A DNA stretch of 52,186 nt, the filler included, from Catajapyx aquilonaris (lineage: Eukaryota): the NCBI GenBank assembly GCA_000934665.2. It is 2 parts of 2 records of this genome, joined end to end, with 100 filler letters (N's around TTAATTAATTAA, not from the genome) between each part and the next. Parts side by side here need not be neighbours in the genome. Positions count along the whole stretch, not along the records: positions 1 to 26,067 come from JYFJ02005266.1; 1 more part is not named here. One strand, 5' to 3'. The translations under genes and the position numbers were made by a program. Positions 10,987 through 21,789 of this stretch are shown piece by piece. Position 1 is the first letter of the stretch; each line of letters opens with the position of its first letter. The notes under the pieces are model-generated. The model saw only the letters and a list, made by a program, of their open reading frames with translations. It ran no database searches and was not told the DNA's origin.

Positions 10987-13900
10987 GGCCGCGTGCCACC
11001 TGAGCCATTTTTAAAAAATGCACCTGGTGGCTCACATTACCGCCTTTCAAACTGGACCTTTAAAATTTTGTACCGGTTTGCTCCATAAATTCCATAGGCT
11101 ATTATTTGTTCATGTTTGAAAATTTTGAAAGTGTGTGACTATGTAAATTGAGGCTATGTAGGTTAGGGCCTGCCTGTTTATGTGGCAACAAAATTCCGGA
11201 GATCTTTTAATGTTGCCATTTATTCATCCTTTTTAGGAAGGGCCAAGTGATTCAGTAGAGCACATGAACAGCATGGATGGCCATGGACTTGTGCAGCATC
11301 ATGTCACAGATGGACACCATGAAGGTATCATTTTGATGGTATCATTTTCTTGCATGGGCTTATCAGCAGGGCACACCTAATGATGATGATGTGGATGGTG
11401 TTATGCAATAATGAGCCAACCAACATGAGAACAGTTTTGAGAAAAAGGGTATTTGCAGGTCATACCTGTGAAATTAATCGAGTGTTCTTTTCAGTCATTT
11501 ATGACTGAAGTATGCAGATTTCACCACATGATTTTAACTGAATGAAATAGCATGCCTTTAGGTATATGTTCCTGGGCTTAGCTCAATTTTGACATTATTG
11601 TGAGTTGACCCATTATTGCTTAGCGCCGTCCAAATTATGTTGAGCATACCCCTTTTTGCCTTGGCCACCCTCCCACTCAATACCATTAGCAAATGAGTAC
11701 AAGTGATTGCAAGTCAGTCGATGAAATGAGTTTACATCCTGCCGATCTTCAGAGCCGAGAAGTTTCACTTCACACATTCTTTTTGCTATGAGCGGGCCAC
11801 TCTTGTCTCTTTTGTATAGCCCGCGAAGTCTTTTACTGCATTACCTCGCATAAAGCGACATGGTGGTATAAAACGGTTGAGCAGCATGCTGGTATGACCC
11901 GGGGGTGCTGGCATGCTGCAATCCCCGAGGTAGATTTCCGTAATTTTGATATTTATATTTTTTTTATGGAATGCTTCTAGTGCAGTACTGAAATTATGTT
12001 AACGATGAAAATGGGTGAGTTACTTTTTACGGTAGTTCGGTCCGTTGCTTTCCTATCCACCAGTGGGGAGGCAGAAAAGCTGGCCGGGGTGGTGGCTGGA
12101 GAGTGAGGACAGCACCTCTTGCGGAGTCAGACGAAGGACCTCGCTGCTTTCCTGCCTCTCCCATTGGTGGAAATGGAAGGGAAGGTCGGTAGCTCCGATT
12201 GGTTCATGGTACCGTTTCGTTTGTTTCGTATGCTACCGTCAGCTAGTGTGAACTCTGCTTAATGTAACTTATGTGAAAACGTCGCCCTCTACCGGCATCC
12301 CTCGCCCTATACTGGCATACCGACATAGCCACCAGATCGTGCATAAAACTGGTTAACCTCGGCTACACTGGCATGCCGCTTTATGTGAGGTAATATGGTA
12401 TCTTGTTGCCACAACTGATAATAGTGTGTTTACTTGAATTTGTCATGTGGTCGATTGAGGCTCCTGGGTTTGGCACTCATGGACTCATCATATTCTATCA
12501 CCCAAATGAGACAAAAAATTACATCCTGAAACGACCATGAGAAAGCTCGTCACAGAATTAGGGAATTCGTGGTATGATGTTGGGTAACACCCTTCTTCCA
12601 CTGGCCCATCAATTATTATCTGTACAGCCTGACCTGAAATGTTCTGGATACTGTGTGTGACTCCTTAAAAAAAACGTAAGGTCTATCAATAGACTTTAAT
12701 TTTAGGTGCTGCAAATGATGCTTTGACAGAAAGAACCAAGGAGCTTGGTGATGGTCTGCAGGAAACTCATGCAGGAGGCAGTAACTCAAATGACTTGGCA
12801 ATGGGAGCCAACAGTAGTCAACATGCCACCAGGTCTTTACAGGATTAATATTTTTGGGTTTGAAAGTGCGAATGACTGATACAGTAAAGATCAGAACCTA
12901 ATGATGAACCTCCTAAAGAGTATCAGAGCTGTTAATGGCAACGGTGCCAGGGGTTGGGCTGACTGTGGTAGGCTGTGGCACAGAAGTAGGACCAGTCATA
13001 ATGTATCTGCCTTGGGCCTATAGCAGGTGGGAAATTGGAATTTATAAAATAATTATCCAGGAACAATTTTAAGGATCTCTCTTTTTGCATTTTAGACAGA
13101 AAATGTGACCTGTCAGTCGGCTAAAACCTACATGTTTTCATATGTTGCATCCCGGCAATAACAGGGGCACAAGTCCAACAATGACGATTTTGACTTACTA
13201 CTAGAGCAGGGTCCATGACCGTGTGCACATTCAGAATGCATATTCTGATTTAAAAAAATTAATAATTAATAATTCTAATTATTCGAATGCTGCATCAATA
13301 CCTGATTTATGATAACACTGTACCAACACTATACAACTTTCAAAGTGCTCTCCTGAGAAATTGACTTTTTGGACTTGTGCCCCTGTTACTGTTATTGCCG
13401 GGGTGCGATGTGATTCATGCCAGACATTGTCACAAATAGTCCCATGGAAGCCCATTTGTATGTATGGAGGAGATGTCCTTACAAAAGTTGCTGAATTATC
13501 TTATAAAGTCCACTTCCCCACCAGCCATAAGCTCGAGGTGGGTAGAGAAGAACTAGTCGTACTTCTCTGCCACCGCCTACCATTGTAGGTCCAAACCCTA
13601 GCACTGTTACCCTTTGCAACTCTGCTATTTTTTTTGGGAGGTTCTGATTTCTACTATAACATTTCTTTTTAGTAAGAGGCCTTTGAGTACAGATGGCGTT
13701 GAGGACTCGGGAAGTGAAAGCAAGCGGGCAAGAATGAATGAGGAAGCAGAGGATGGGAATCATGATGACAATGTACCTAAAGGACCTTTGCTTTCTTTTA
13801 GCATACCGTAAGAAATGATAGCAATTTTATATTTTATTGATATTCAGGTCTGACAGCCTAAGTAAAGACCCTGTAACTCGGCTTTTTGTCATTATGGGAT

Positions 13901-16900
13901 ATTTATGGTTGAAGTTCCATTGATGTTTCCATTATCACGTATGCAAGTGCATGGTTTCAATGTGGCCAAAACGTTGCAAGGGTTGCGCCTACAGTTGCAG
14001 GTGTTGTACCAACGTGTCTTGCAAGGAGGGGTGCAATGGTGCATTTGTCTCAATTTACGTGATTTTGGACGATACGGGGTTTACACTTGGGCTGTCAGAG
14101 GTGGCACTTGTGAAAATTAGCCTTTACCTAGTCGGGGAGACCGGGGCTAGATGGCACACTTTTTACATTTCATTTTTTTCTGAGGCCAGTTAAGAATTAT
14201 TCAGTGTAATTTTTAAACTGATAAACACCTCAGACTTCTGAGCATACATGTGCTATTTTCACATGTTTGCATTTTAAATATACTATCCACTAGAAAGCCT
14301 CTGCATGTGTGCCATTGTGACCCTTGCCTGGGGCACGATGGCACAAGGCATGGGGCATGATAGCACAGTAATATAAGGCTAAGGTAGGGCTTATTAAATA
14401 ATATGACAATCACTTCCACACACATTATCGATTCATACCCATATCCTCCTGAGACCTGAGAAGAATTTTTAACGCAATGTCAGTTCTTAAATATTGCATT
14501 TTCTGAACATTTTCCCAATAAGAAACAAGAAAAAAAAATTTAGTTTTAAAATATTGACAAAAATAGTGACAAACAACCAATGAGAACATTAGGACCCAAT
14601 ATTGCTGCTACAAAAGCAGAACGGATGAAAGCTGAAAATTTAAATACCACTTAATGGATCACTAACATAGTGCTCTATCCTCAAAACAGTGTTTTTAAAA
14701 TTCATTTGTGGAATTCGTGGTCGCAATTCTTCTTCTCAGAAGACAATTAAAGATAACTGAAATTATTTTTGAATGCCACCACTCCAGGCATGGGGCTTGC
14801 TCCTTCCCTTCTTATCCCCTAACATGGTACCTCGCAATCTAGATTTTAAAACTGAACTGCATAGTGCAAAGCACACTTCCTTATGGGTGTACAGGTACAG
14901 GCACTTAAAGAAACGCCACAGCCCATTCAGCTAAAAATAATAATTTCGGATGCCCATTTAAATGGGCATTTGGTCTCAGGAAGAAAAGAAAATTACCAGT
15001 TCTCTACAGCAACAAAGATTGTCACACACACATCTTTTCGTATTTCCTAATGGACATTCCTTGATAATCCCAGGTCCCTCAAATGGTCAAAAACAAAAAA
15101 AAATGGGTAGGCCTACTGCCGCCGACAGTCTTTTGCGATTGAAAATAGGCTATAATGTGGAGCAAGTCTGTCTGCACCTACCACATAAGCATCATGTCCA
15201 TGAACTAATAGCCTCTTCAAAAATTTGACTGTGCCATCGTATCCCTGTACCCATCGTGCCCCAGTCGCCCGCCCCTATATATATTGACATGTACTTCCTT
15301 GAAATGTAGGGATATTCGTAGAATGACTCCGTTAATGAAGAGCGTGAGGGATGGACACTATGAACTTGTGGAAGTCTTTGTGGAAGCTGGATCAGACATC
15401 ATTGTGCTGGAGGAATTGTGGAAATATCTTCCACTGTACTGGACATTTACAAACCGTAACAACAGGCAAGTTACAAGAAGCCAGTACAGGCAGGCCTCGC
15501 TAATATGATGGTTGAGAAACCAGACTCTCTCCACAGGCTTTGCTTCACTTCCCACAACATATCATAGCCTTAAGACAAGTTTACACTCTCGTATACAGTG
15601 TGTTTCTTACTAGTCCAGCCAATGGCCGTCAGCGTATTCCTTGGGCAAAAACAAGTCGAAAATGTAGGGGGGAGAAATGTCGAGGGACCAACCGTTAACC
15701 AGGTAGACGACCAGAAACATTAGGGGGTGGTTGCCGAAGTTGCAGGATATGAGTGGTGATAGTCACTTCTGTGAAAGAGATGACCTTGCAAATCCCGACA
15801 GTCGCAATTTTCACGCTCATATCCTGCTCCTTTGGCAACCATTGACCAATGTTTCTGGTCAAGGTCGTGACTCATGACATATTAAAGGTTTCTCCCTCGA
15901 CATTTCTCCCCCCTACATTTTCGCCTTCTTTTGGCTCAAGGAATACGCTGACGGCCGCTGGCTGGACTGGTAACAAACACCCTGTATTAAGTGTGTAACA
16001 GCTGCATGCTGGAAAATTGATGTAGAAATAATAAATTTAAGTTGGTGCAAGGTTTACTCACTTGAATTAACTCAGATTCAGGTAACGCATGCATACACTA
16101 GTCTACACTAGTGTAGCTCCACAGACAGATAATTGGTAGGATTTATTCATTTATTAATATTGCACGTGGAAAACTGGCTGCTTGCAACGTGGTCAACTAG
16201 TATACAATATAGCAACATGTTGTAATGGACATTGACCTTCAGTTCAGGATTAAGCGACAATTATGTGAAGTTCCTCAAAAAGAGTTACGAAAAGGTATTG
16301 TATCAGATTACAATGTATCATTTATTGAATGATGAAACTCCAGTTAAATCTAGTGTGAATACAAACCAGAGATGTTGAATTACGCCCAAGTTAGAACAGT
16401 GGTCCATTCAAATTTCAGTTCCTATCAGAGCTTGCTACATTTTTTGGCATGCCCAAAGAAATTGTTGAGTGTACACTGTCGTCGTCATGTCGTGCTGCAC
16501 TGTAAATGAATAAAATAGGCAAGAGATATTTAAGGCAGCTAAGGGACTGCGTTCGCTATCTTCCTGAATGAAGGGCGGTACTGGCGTATTCCTTCCACAA
16601 ATTTCATGCCATCCTTGTTGATAACTTGCAGAGGCTCAGGTGTGCCAATTTGATCACATCCTTCAGTTTCCTGGTCTTGGGACATCTCACATTTTGCTAA
16701 AATTTGTCTAATTGTCTTTAAATTCATCACTGTCTTTCACTGTGGCACTGCATAGTGTCGTCAATGGATGCAAGCGGCATAATTTGCCAGTTTGTTTGTT
16801 TGTTTGTTTTGTGCTTTATTTAGTCCGTCGGCCTGCAGCTAATGCCGCTTGGCCGACCCTCCTCTTTCCTCACATGATTGCATTTACATTTATCGACATT

Positions 16901-19900
16901 CTACATTCTACATTTACATTTTTTTACATAATTCCATTTTCTCTCACTCCCTCCCCCTGTCTCTCCAAAATTGCATCCCTCCTCTTTTTCACCACACCAT
17001 ACAAATACTTACACAGCGCACCCCTTTTTCTTACATTCTTTACAAAGCTATACACTTCCCCATCCTCCATCTCCTCCACCGCCGGTATCCATTTCCTCCT
17101 CTCCTCCTTCATTACCCTACAATCCCTCACAATATGTCCCATATTCTCCTCCCCCTCTCCACACAATAAACAGTTCCTCTCAGTTTCTGACAGCCACGAC
17201 CAGCTAGCCCTGCACAGTGTCCCACATCTTAGTTTCGCCAACACCTTCAGAAACTTTATGTTCTCTTTGTCCAAATATCGGTCTTCTTCTCTCTAATTTG
17301 CCAGTTATACATGCCATTTGACCTCAAAAATGTGATCCATCAAGTGGCATTGGCTGACTTAGAAGCGAGGTAGTTATCTGTTGGTTTTGTTGCTCACAAT
17401 TTGGTCTCATTAGCAACTGGTTTGATTAACTGGTGGTCACCACAAGCAAAAGTGTCCAACTTGCTTGAACATACTGACACTACTTTTTAATTTCCAGCCA
17501 AGAGGTACTTCCCATCATGATGAAAAATGGATTCAACCTTGCTTCTGAATGCTACCAGATCATTAATAACAGGTTTCACACGGATGTGTGCATAAAGCTA
17601 CTGCCCGATGATATGCCACCTTTTAGAGCGTACCCATTTGAGACTATGTTTGACCTAAGAATGTTCATGGTCGCAGAGTATCATTATGCTATGCCCATCA
17701 CACTTCTACTCGAGTACCATGATCAAGAGGTGCAGCTCAGGGCACTCGAGTCATACTTGGATGCAGGTATGGTGTTTACCTGAAATAGTTGCATGTTGTC
17801 TGGCACTAATAAAATGCATATCTGGATTCCAGGTTTGCAGATAAACCCAACCCGCCTGGATGTGTTCCCTCCTCTGACCCTATTCCTCTTGCATCTTGAA
17901 AGCCCTGCTGTTACAGACACCCTCCACATGTCCTTCCTCCGCCTGCTGGAATCTCGAGGTCTAGACCCAGACTACACGTCCAGCTGCAACACCTTTGGGG
18001 TGCCAGATACTCTTGTGGCTGCCAGCTTAAGTGACCCCCGAGCCCTGGCCTTTCTCCTGACATTCTCTAAGACCACACCAGAGCAGATTATTGACAGGTG
18101 CCTATGATAACAAGATTATCTAGATGTTAATAGTTTCTCTCATGCTACGAACATCTGCACAAATTCCAACAGGTGGACAGTGTTACTGATGGGCAGTGAT
18201 GATGGTGGTGGTGTGAGGATTGTGAGGCGGAATCTGCGCAGGGCTATTTCAGCCCACTTGAAGGCCACTTGCAGAGTGGCAGTGGAGTTGGCAGGGAGAT
18301 GTTTGGGCCATGATCGGGTGAAGAGGTTCCAAGAAGCAGTGGAGGCAGTGACTGAGAGGAAGGCTGACTGGGAGGACCTGTACGAGCGCATGAGTGAGAA
18401 CATCTATTTTTTTCCCTACCATTCGGAAGTTTATGTTTGACACTTGAATGGAAAACATAGGCAGGCCTAGAAAAAGCAGGAATTATGGAAGGTTGTACCG
18501 GACTTACACTGTGCAGCTTGTCTATAGGCAGGCCATGCTAACTTCCCATTGATTTCATTGTATTACATAGCATCTCGCAGGCAACAGAAATCTGCCGAAC
18601 CACTGGAACCTCCCACTTTTCATGTTTCCCATGGAGATGAAAAATGTCTCGGGACAGCCCCAACCGAGGACCCGTACCCCCTCGCCTGCGCGCCATCGTG
18701 CGGATCGCCTGCGCACCATCGCCTGCGCAGCATAAGAATCCCCATCGGAAGAAGCAATACTAGCGATGGCTGCTGTAGTGTATTGGTAGCGCCCTGGCCT
18801 ATAGATCAGAAGGCTGCAGGTTCGATTCCCCGTTAGGCATATTTTTTTCCCCCTCTTTTTTTCGTCGTCTTTGCTTACGTGAAGATAGGGCTGTATCTGC
18901 AACGAGTGAAGGTTAGGTTTGGTTAGGTTGGGTTAGTACATCGTACCCCTACCCCCTGCCCACATCACATCAAGCAGTGAATATTAATATTCGCATTCGT
19001 GAAGATAGGGCTGTATCCGCTGAAGATAGGGCTGTATCCGCAACGAGTGAAGGTTAGGTTAGGTTGGGTTAGTACATCGTACCCCTACCCCCTGCCCACA
19101 TCAAGCAGTGAAAATTAATATTCCAGCACCCGGCCTTCCCGCCTTCCCGCACGATGGCGCGCAGGCGAAGGGGTGCGGGTCCTCGGTTCGGGCTGTCCCG
19201 AGCCGCTTGTATGGAGATGCCCTCTTCCAACAATAAGAGTAAGGAGTGTCTTGTTGACACTCCTTACTCATATTGTTGCGTGAGGGAATCTTCATGGAAA
19301 CTTGAAAAGTGGGGGGTTCCGGGGGTATGCGTTCGGCAGATTTCCATTGAATAGGAGTTGCTAAGTGAGATTATGACGTCCCCGTCAAGAAAGGGTGGGC
19401 CGCCTATGTATATCAGGCCTAAAGCGGACCAAAAATTTAAAAATCCGTATATCAATTGTCCATTTATATCTCAGAAGCTACTCTTAGCATTAAAAGTATG
19501 GGGCCATGCAGACGGGCCAAGCACGGCCGCGACGGTTCACACCTAAGGGGCCCCCTAGCAATGCCACGGCCAGGCCACGGGCCAACTTCCTGGAAGTTGG
19601 CCAGGGCCGCGGGCAGCCGCGGCCAAGCTTGGCCCGTCTGCATGGCCCCTATGAAGCACCGGCCTGTGCTGTTTATTTCAGCTGATTTCTAAATGTGGTG
19701 ATTATATTGGATTGGCAGATAGCAAGCGCGTTCCACGCCTGAAGCACATGTGCAGGTTGGGAATACGCCGAGCACTGTCCCAGTCTCTCCGTCCAGGCCA
19801 GCTGGTTAGGGACGCTTTGGATCAGTTGAAGGTTCCTCCGATGCTGAAGCCCTTTCTGCTCTATTCTGATGTTGACCTGATGCAATTTCCTATGGAGTAG
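468..19900 (+). CDS. ASB-like coiled-coil / ankyrin-repeat / SOCS-box protein, ~663 aa; predicted exons 468-1016, 11237-11324, 12706-12832, 13673-13807, 15310-15465, 17498-17766, 17833-18097, 18173-18393, 19719-19900
   Basis: All 8 junctions are phase-compatible (0,1,2,2,2,1,2,1) and the exons total 1992 nt. Ankyrin repeat TPLMKSVRDGHYELVEVFVEAGSDI; terminal SOCS box VPRLKHMCRLGIRRAL...LDQLKVPPMLKPFLLY. Exons 1, 2 and 5 have homologues in the paralog at 23446-24718. Exons 3-4 are less certain (weak donor at 12833). Confidence 0.7.
1866..2265. repeat. Diverged tandem duplication, ~215-bp period (about 1866-2050 and 2085-2265)
   Basis: Shared blocks GTGACmTTTGGGAATTAATT, GCCAAACTAG, GAGAGGAGATTTCGA, GAGGGAATTwAATAG. 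Confidence 0.8.
2336..2822. mobile_element. MITE with ~45-bp terminal inverted repeats (probably Tc1/mariner-type)
   Basis: GCTCATAAAGAATGGTATGACT..ATGGACGAAATGTT at 2338 and its reverse complement ending at 2820; TA follows the right end. Confidence 0.7.
3127..3383. mobile_element. PIF/Harbinger-like MITE
   Basis: Imperfect TIRs GAGTATGTTGCTAAA / TTTAGCAACGTTCTC extending ~60 bp; 3-bp flanking duplication AAT. Confidence 0.65.
3419..4130. mobile_element. Partial copy of the Tc1/mariner MITE at 20425-20788, with a nested inverted-repeat element (~3620-3920)
   Basis: TACAGTGCTGGACATTAATTC start and ACGTCACCCAAGGCC are shared with 20423-20790; internal IR TGAGCTTAGTTGC / GCAACTAAGCTCA. Confidence 0.55.
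5260..5470 (-). mobile_element. Degenerate internal fragment of the Merlin-like family (8415-9437, 21790-22874), opposite orientation
   Basis: TACTGTCCATCTTGTGGCCCTGCCAGGCA and TTTACTGTCCATCTTGTGGCGCCGCAGGCCAA match the reverse complement of 8750-8935. Confidence 0.75.
5578..5682. repeat. Short tandem array, ~15-bp period, core CCAGTTGAC
   Basis: About six units of (C/G)AGTTG(A/C/T)C at ~15-bp spacing. Confidence 0.7.
6473..7110. repeat. Long inverted repeat: 163-bp arms (6473-6635, 6948-7110) around a G/T-rich 312-bp spacer
   Basis: Arms are reverse complements with about 3 mismatches on manual comparison. Confidence 0.9.
7305..8120 (-). pseudogene. USP / peptidase C19 deubiquitinase domain fused to the helicase C-terminus; disrupted
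   Basis: Cys box LRGFDNPSPNVSCYANAALVCL (Cys codon 8082-8080), QQDS*EFIQFLFE box, CSFC and CPSC zinc-finger pairs, His box HHGVSMNYNHYTALVK...WLHFND (His codon 7430-7428). One in-frame stop and one frameshift. Confidence 0.85.
8121..10104 (-). pseudogene. PIF1-family (Helitron RepHel-type) helicase, C-terminal half, frameshifted and interrupted by a MITE
   Basis: YQHLLAEVRVG, VCLLP, TAGLETVLILGVGC-RVMLRHNIDVQEGLVNGAMCTV, then after the insertion FPLILAYAITIHK/SQGLTLDSALVDLSKSVFARGMAYVALSRV. No Walker A/B or Rep (HUH) domain seen. Confidence 0.9.
8415..9437. mobile_element. Merlin-like non-autonomous DNA transposon, copy 1 (inside the helicase)
   Basis: ~200-bp TIRs (TAAGGGTGCAGTTTAGAGCCGC / GCGGCTCTAAACTGCACCCAAGCC); target duplication GAAACTGT at 9438-9445, partly deleted on the left (GAAAC 8410-8414). 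Superfamily assignment is inference. Confidence 0.8.
10943..10982. repeat. (AG)n microsatellite after a poly-G run
   Basis: Direct reading. Confidence 0.95.
11836..12398. mobile_element. TA-flanked MITE (pogo/Tigger-like) with a nested Harbinger-like fragment (~12027-12255)
   Basis: ATTACCTCGCATAAAGCG / CGCTTTATGTGAGGTAAT. The nested part ends TTCGTATGCTACCGTCAGCTAGTGTGAAC, matching 33445-33485 inverted. Confidence 0.65.
13145..13408. mobile_element. MITE, family shared with 43118-43381
   Basis: TIR CCCGGCAATAACAGGGGCACAAGTCCAA; interior nearly identical to the inverted copy at 43118-43381. Confidence 0.9.
15596..15984. mobile_element. Tc1/mariner-type foldback MITE
   Basis: TA-CAG(T/G)GTG termini; arms complementary over most of the length. 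Confidence 0.85.
16793..17293 (-). mobile_element. 5'-truncated non-LTR retrotransposon (3' end)
   Basis: ORF 16924-17274 carries a C-terminal CCHC motif (CLLCGEGEENMGHIVRDC); AATAAA then (AAAC)n tail; 13-bp TSD TAATTTGCCAGTT at 16780-16792 and 17294-17306. Confidence 0.9.
18587..19344. mobile_element. Long-TIR non-autonomous element carrying a tRNA-like segment and (GGTTA)n repeats
   Basis: GAAATCTGCCGAAC / GTTCGGCAGATTTC plus inner arms 18650-18703 / 19148-19200; A/B boxes in 18769-18838; internal tandem duplication within ~18880-19120. Confidence 0.75.
19500..19649. mobile_element. PIF/Harbinger (Tourist-like) MITE
   Basis: TIR GGGGCCATGCAGACGGGCCAAGC; 3-bp TSD TAT. Confidence 0.85.
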
Positions 19901-20424
19901 GGTTAAGAGAATGCATGACTGCAGATTTGGAAAAGTTGTACTTACAAATGGAAGAAGTGAGTGTTCCTGTTGTTGTCTGATTTTTAAATGCCAGCCTCCT
20001 GGGTCTTGTTACCTCAGAGAATTAAATGTGTGTTTCTGTAGTAAGGCTATTTGGCATTGTATGCTTGGGCATCATGGACACTTTTTAAACAGAATTAATA
20101 GACATTCCACTGTGCCATAATTCCGCTAGCCAGCCGAGCTGGAGGTCTTGGGGTCAAATCCTGTCCCCATGACCTTCCCTTGGTCTGGTCTTTTCCAGCC
20201 TCTCACTTGATGTATCCAGGCAAAATTGCACCACCTTCTAATTCTCATTTACAGTAATGGAATAAACTATGTACTACTGTACCCCAGCAAAGAGTGCCAA
20301 GCATCCAGGCAAGCTGGTGCAGATGGAAGCATAGCATGAAGCAACTCTCTTCATGCATGCTTCCGCACCTTCATCTGCTTGCTGCGGTACAGTACAAGGC
20401 AGTTTTTTCCAATAGTGTACACTA

Positions 20425-20788
20425 CAGTGCTGGACATTAATTCTGTTGTACTGCAAGCGACATTTTCCGATGCAGCAGAAGTGCAAATACAAGTGATAGA
20501 GTAAAGAACGACAGACGGAGGAAGAAGGAAGGTCCTCTCCTGAGGGATTATCTGGATCGCAACCTGTCCGACATCCTAGACGGGACAACAGTAGCGGTAA
20601 GAAATGGTAGGCCTTTGGTAACGTCACTGGCTGGGGGCAATGGAGAAAAAGGCTTGTCCCTAGGTGGTAACGTCACCCAAGGCCTATGATTTCTTACTCG
20701 CACGACTGGCACTCAATCATGTCTATTTGCACTTCTGCCGCATGGGAAAATGTCACTAGCAGTACGATGGAATTAATATCCAGCACTG
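20425..20788. mobile_element. Tc1/mariner-type MITE
   Basis: TA-CAGTGCTGGAyATTAATTC TIRs, imperfect over ~80 bp. Confidence 0.8.
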
Positions 20789-20832
20789 TACATAGATTCA
20801 GTACTGACGCAGGAGTACTTTTTATATTCAGG

Positions 20833-20919
20833 TAGGGTGAAGTGGGGGAAGTGCACACCCGGGGTAAGTGCACATATTGTGCACTTACCCCGGGTGTGCA
20901 CTTCCCCCACTTCACCCTA
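20833..20919. repeat. Perfect palindrome, 42-bp arms with 3-nt loop (collapsed TA-flanked MITE)
   Basis: TAGGGTGAAGTGGGGGAAGTGCACACCCGGGGTAAGTGCACA-TAT-exact reverse complement. Confidence 0.95.
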
Positions 20920-21789
20920 ATTGAATATTATCATAAACAGAAATTCTGCCAATATCTCGAAACTCAGGTTATGCAGCAATAATCACGGGACAATGTTGTG
21001 CTACATGAATCAGTGACAATAATGTTTTGCATGCTTGGTAAGCTGCTTGTGCCATATCATTACTCAAATTATTGGAGTGTTACAAAAAAAAAAATTGAAA
21101 GTGTAATTTTTAAATATTAAAAAATTGACAAAAAAGTGTTACTTTCTTATTTTTTTACAGATTGATGTTAAAATCAGTTCATCTCATGACTAAAGCTTGT
21201 AACTATAGCAATGGGACGAAAATTCAACCCTATTTAATTGTCCACTGATCGTCACCAGATGCTTTGGGATGTAGGATGGAGAAGCCCATTCCAGCTGATT
21301 CATTGAGACTCAGATACTTTCGTGGCCTTTTTGGGCTTTAAAATGATAATACCCATCAATGCAAATGAGGTGGTGGCTGCCAAAAGCGGCCAAATAAAAT
21401 GCAGGGAAGAACTGACTCTGTCAGTCGCTGAACTGTATTCTCAAAATCACAACTAAAAATATACACTTGAACATGCCCACCTGTACATTTTTTTTTTTTT
21501 TTTTTTTTTTTATTATTTACTTCACGGCAAAATAATCCCATAGAGGGGTAGCCAGCGGAGTACAGGTTGCCCCTGTCCCCCTCGTATGACCTACAAAATG
21601 ACACTCTGGTGGATGGTCAGGCCACGCAGAGGGTTAATGTACCTGTACATGCCAACCAAAAAAAGATCGACAATATCCCAGGGTTAACAACTGGCATGCA
21701 CCTTGTCATCATATTGATAAGAATGATCGTTACTTGCTTTGGTACTCTACAGTAGAAAACAAGTTTTGTAAGTCGGTACTGATCGATTT

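Noticed and set aside
12885..13026. Additional ASB-like exon
   Set aside because: The phase-compatible frame hits a stop before the donor-like site, and the intron would be only 52 nt.
16712..17296. 194-aa hydrophobic + strand ORF
   Set aside because: Antisense of a purine-rich LINE 3' end.
18769..18838. Functional tRNA gene
   Set aside because: A and B boxes are present but the acceptor stem does not pair, and it sits inside a transposon.
18910..19072. True telomere or chromosome-fusion scar
   Set aside because: Only a few degenerate TTAGG units, internal to a TIR element.
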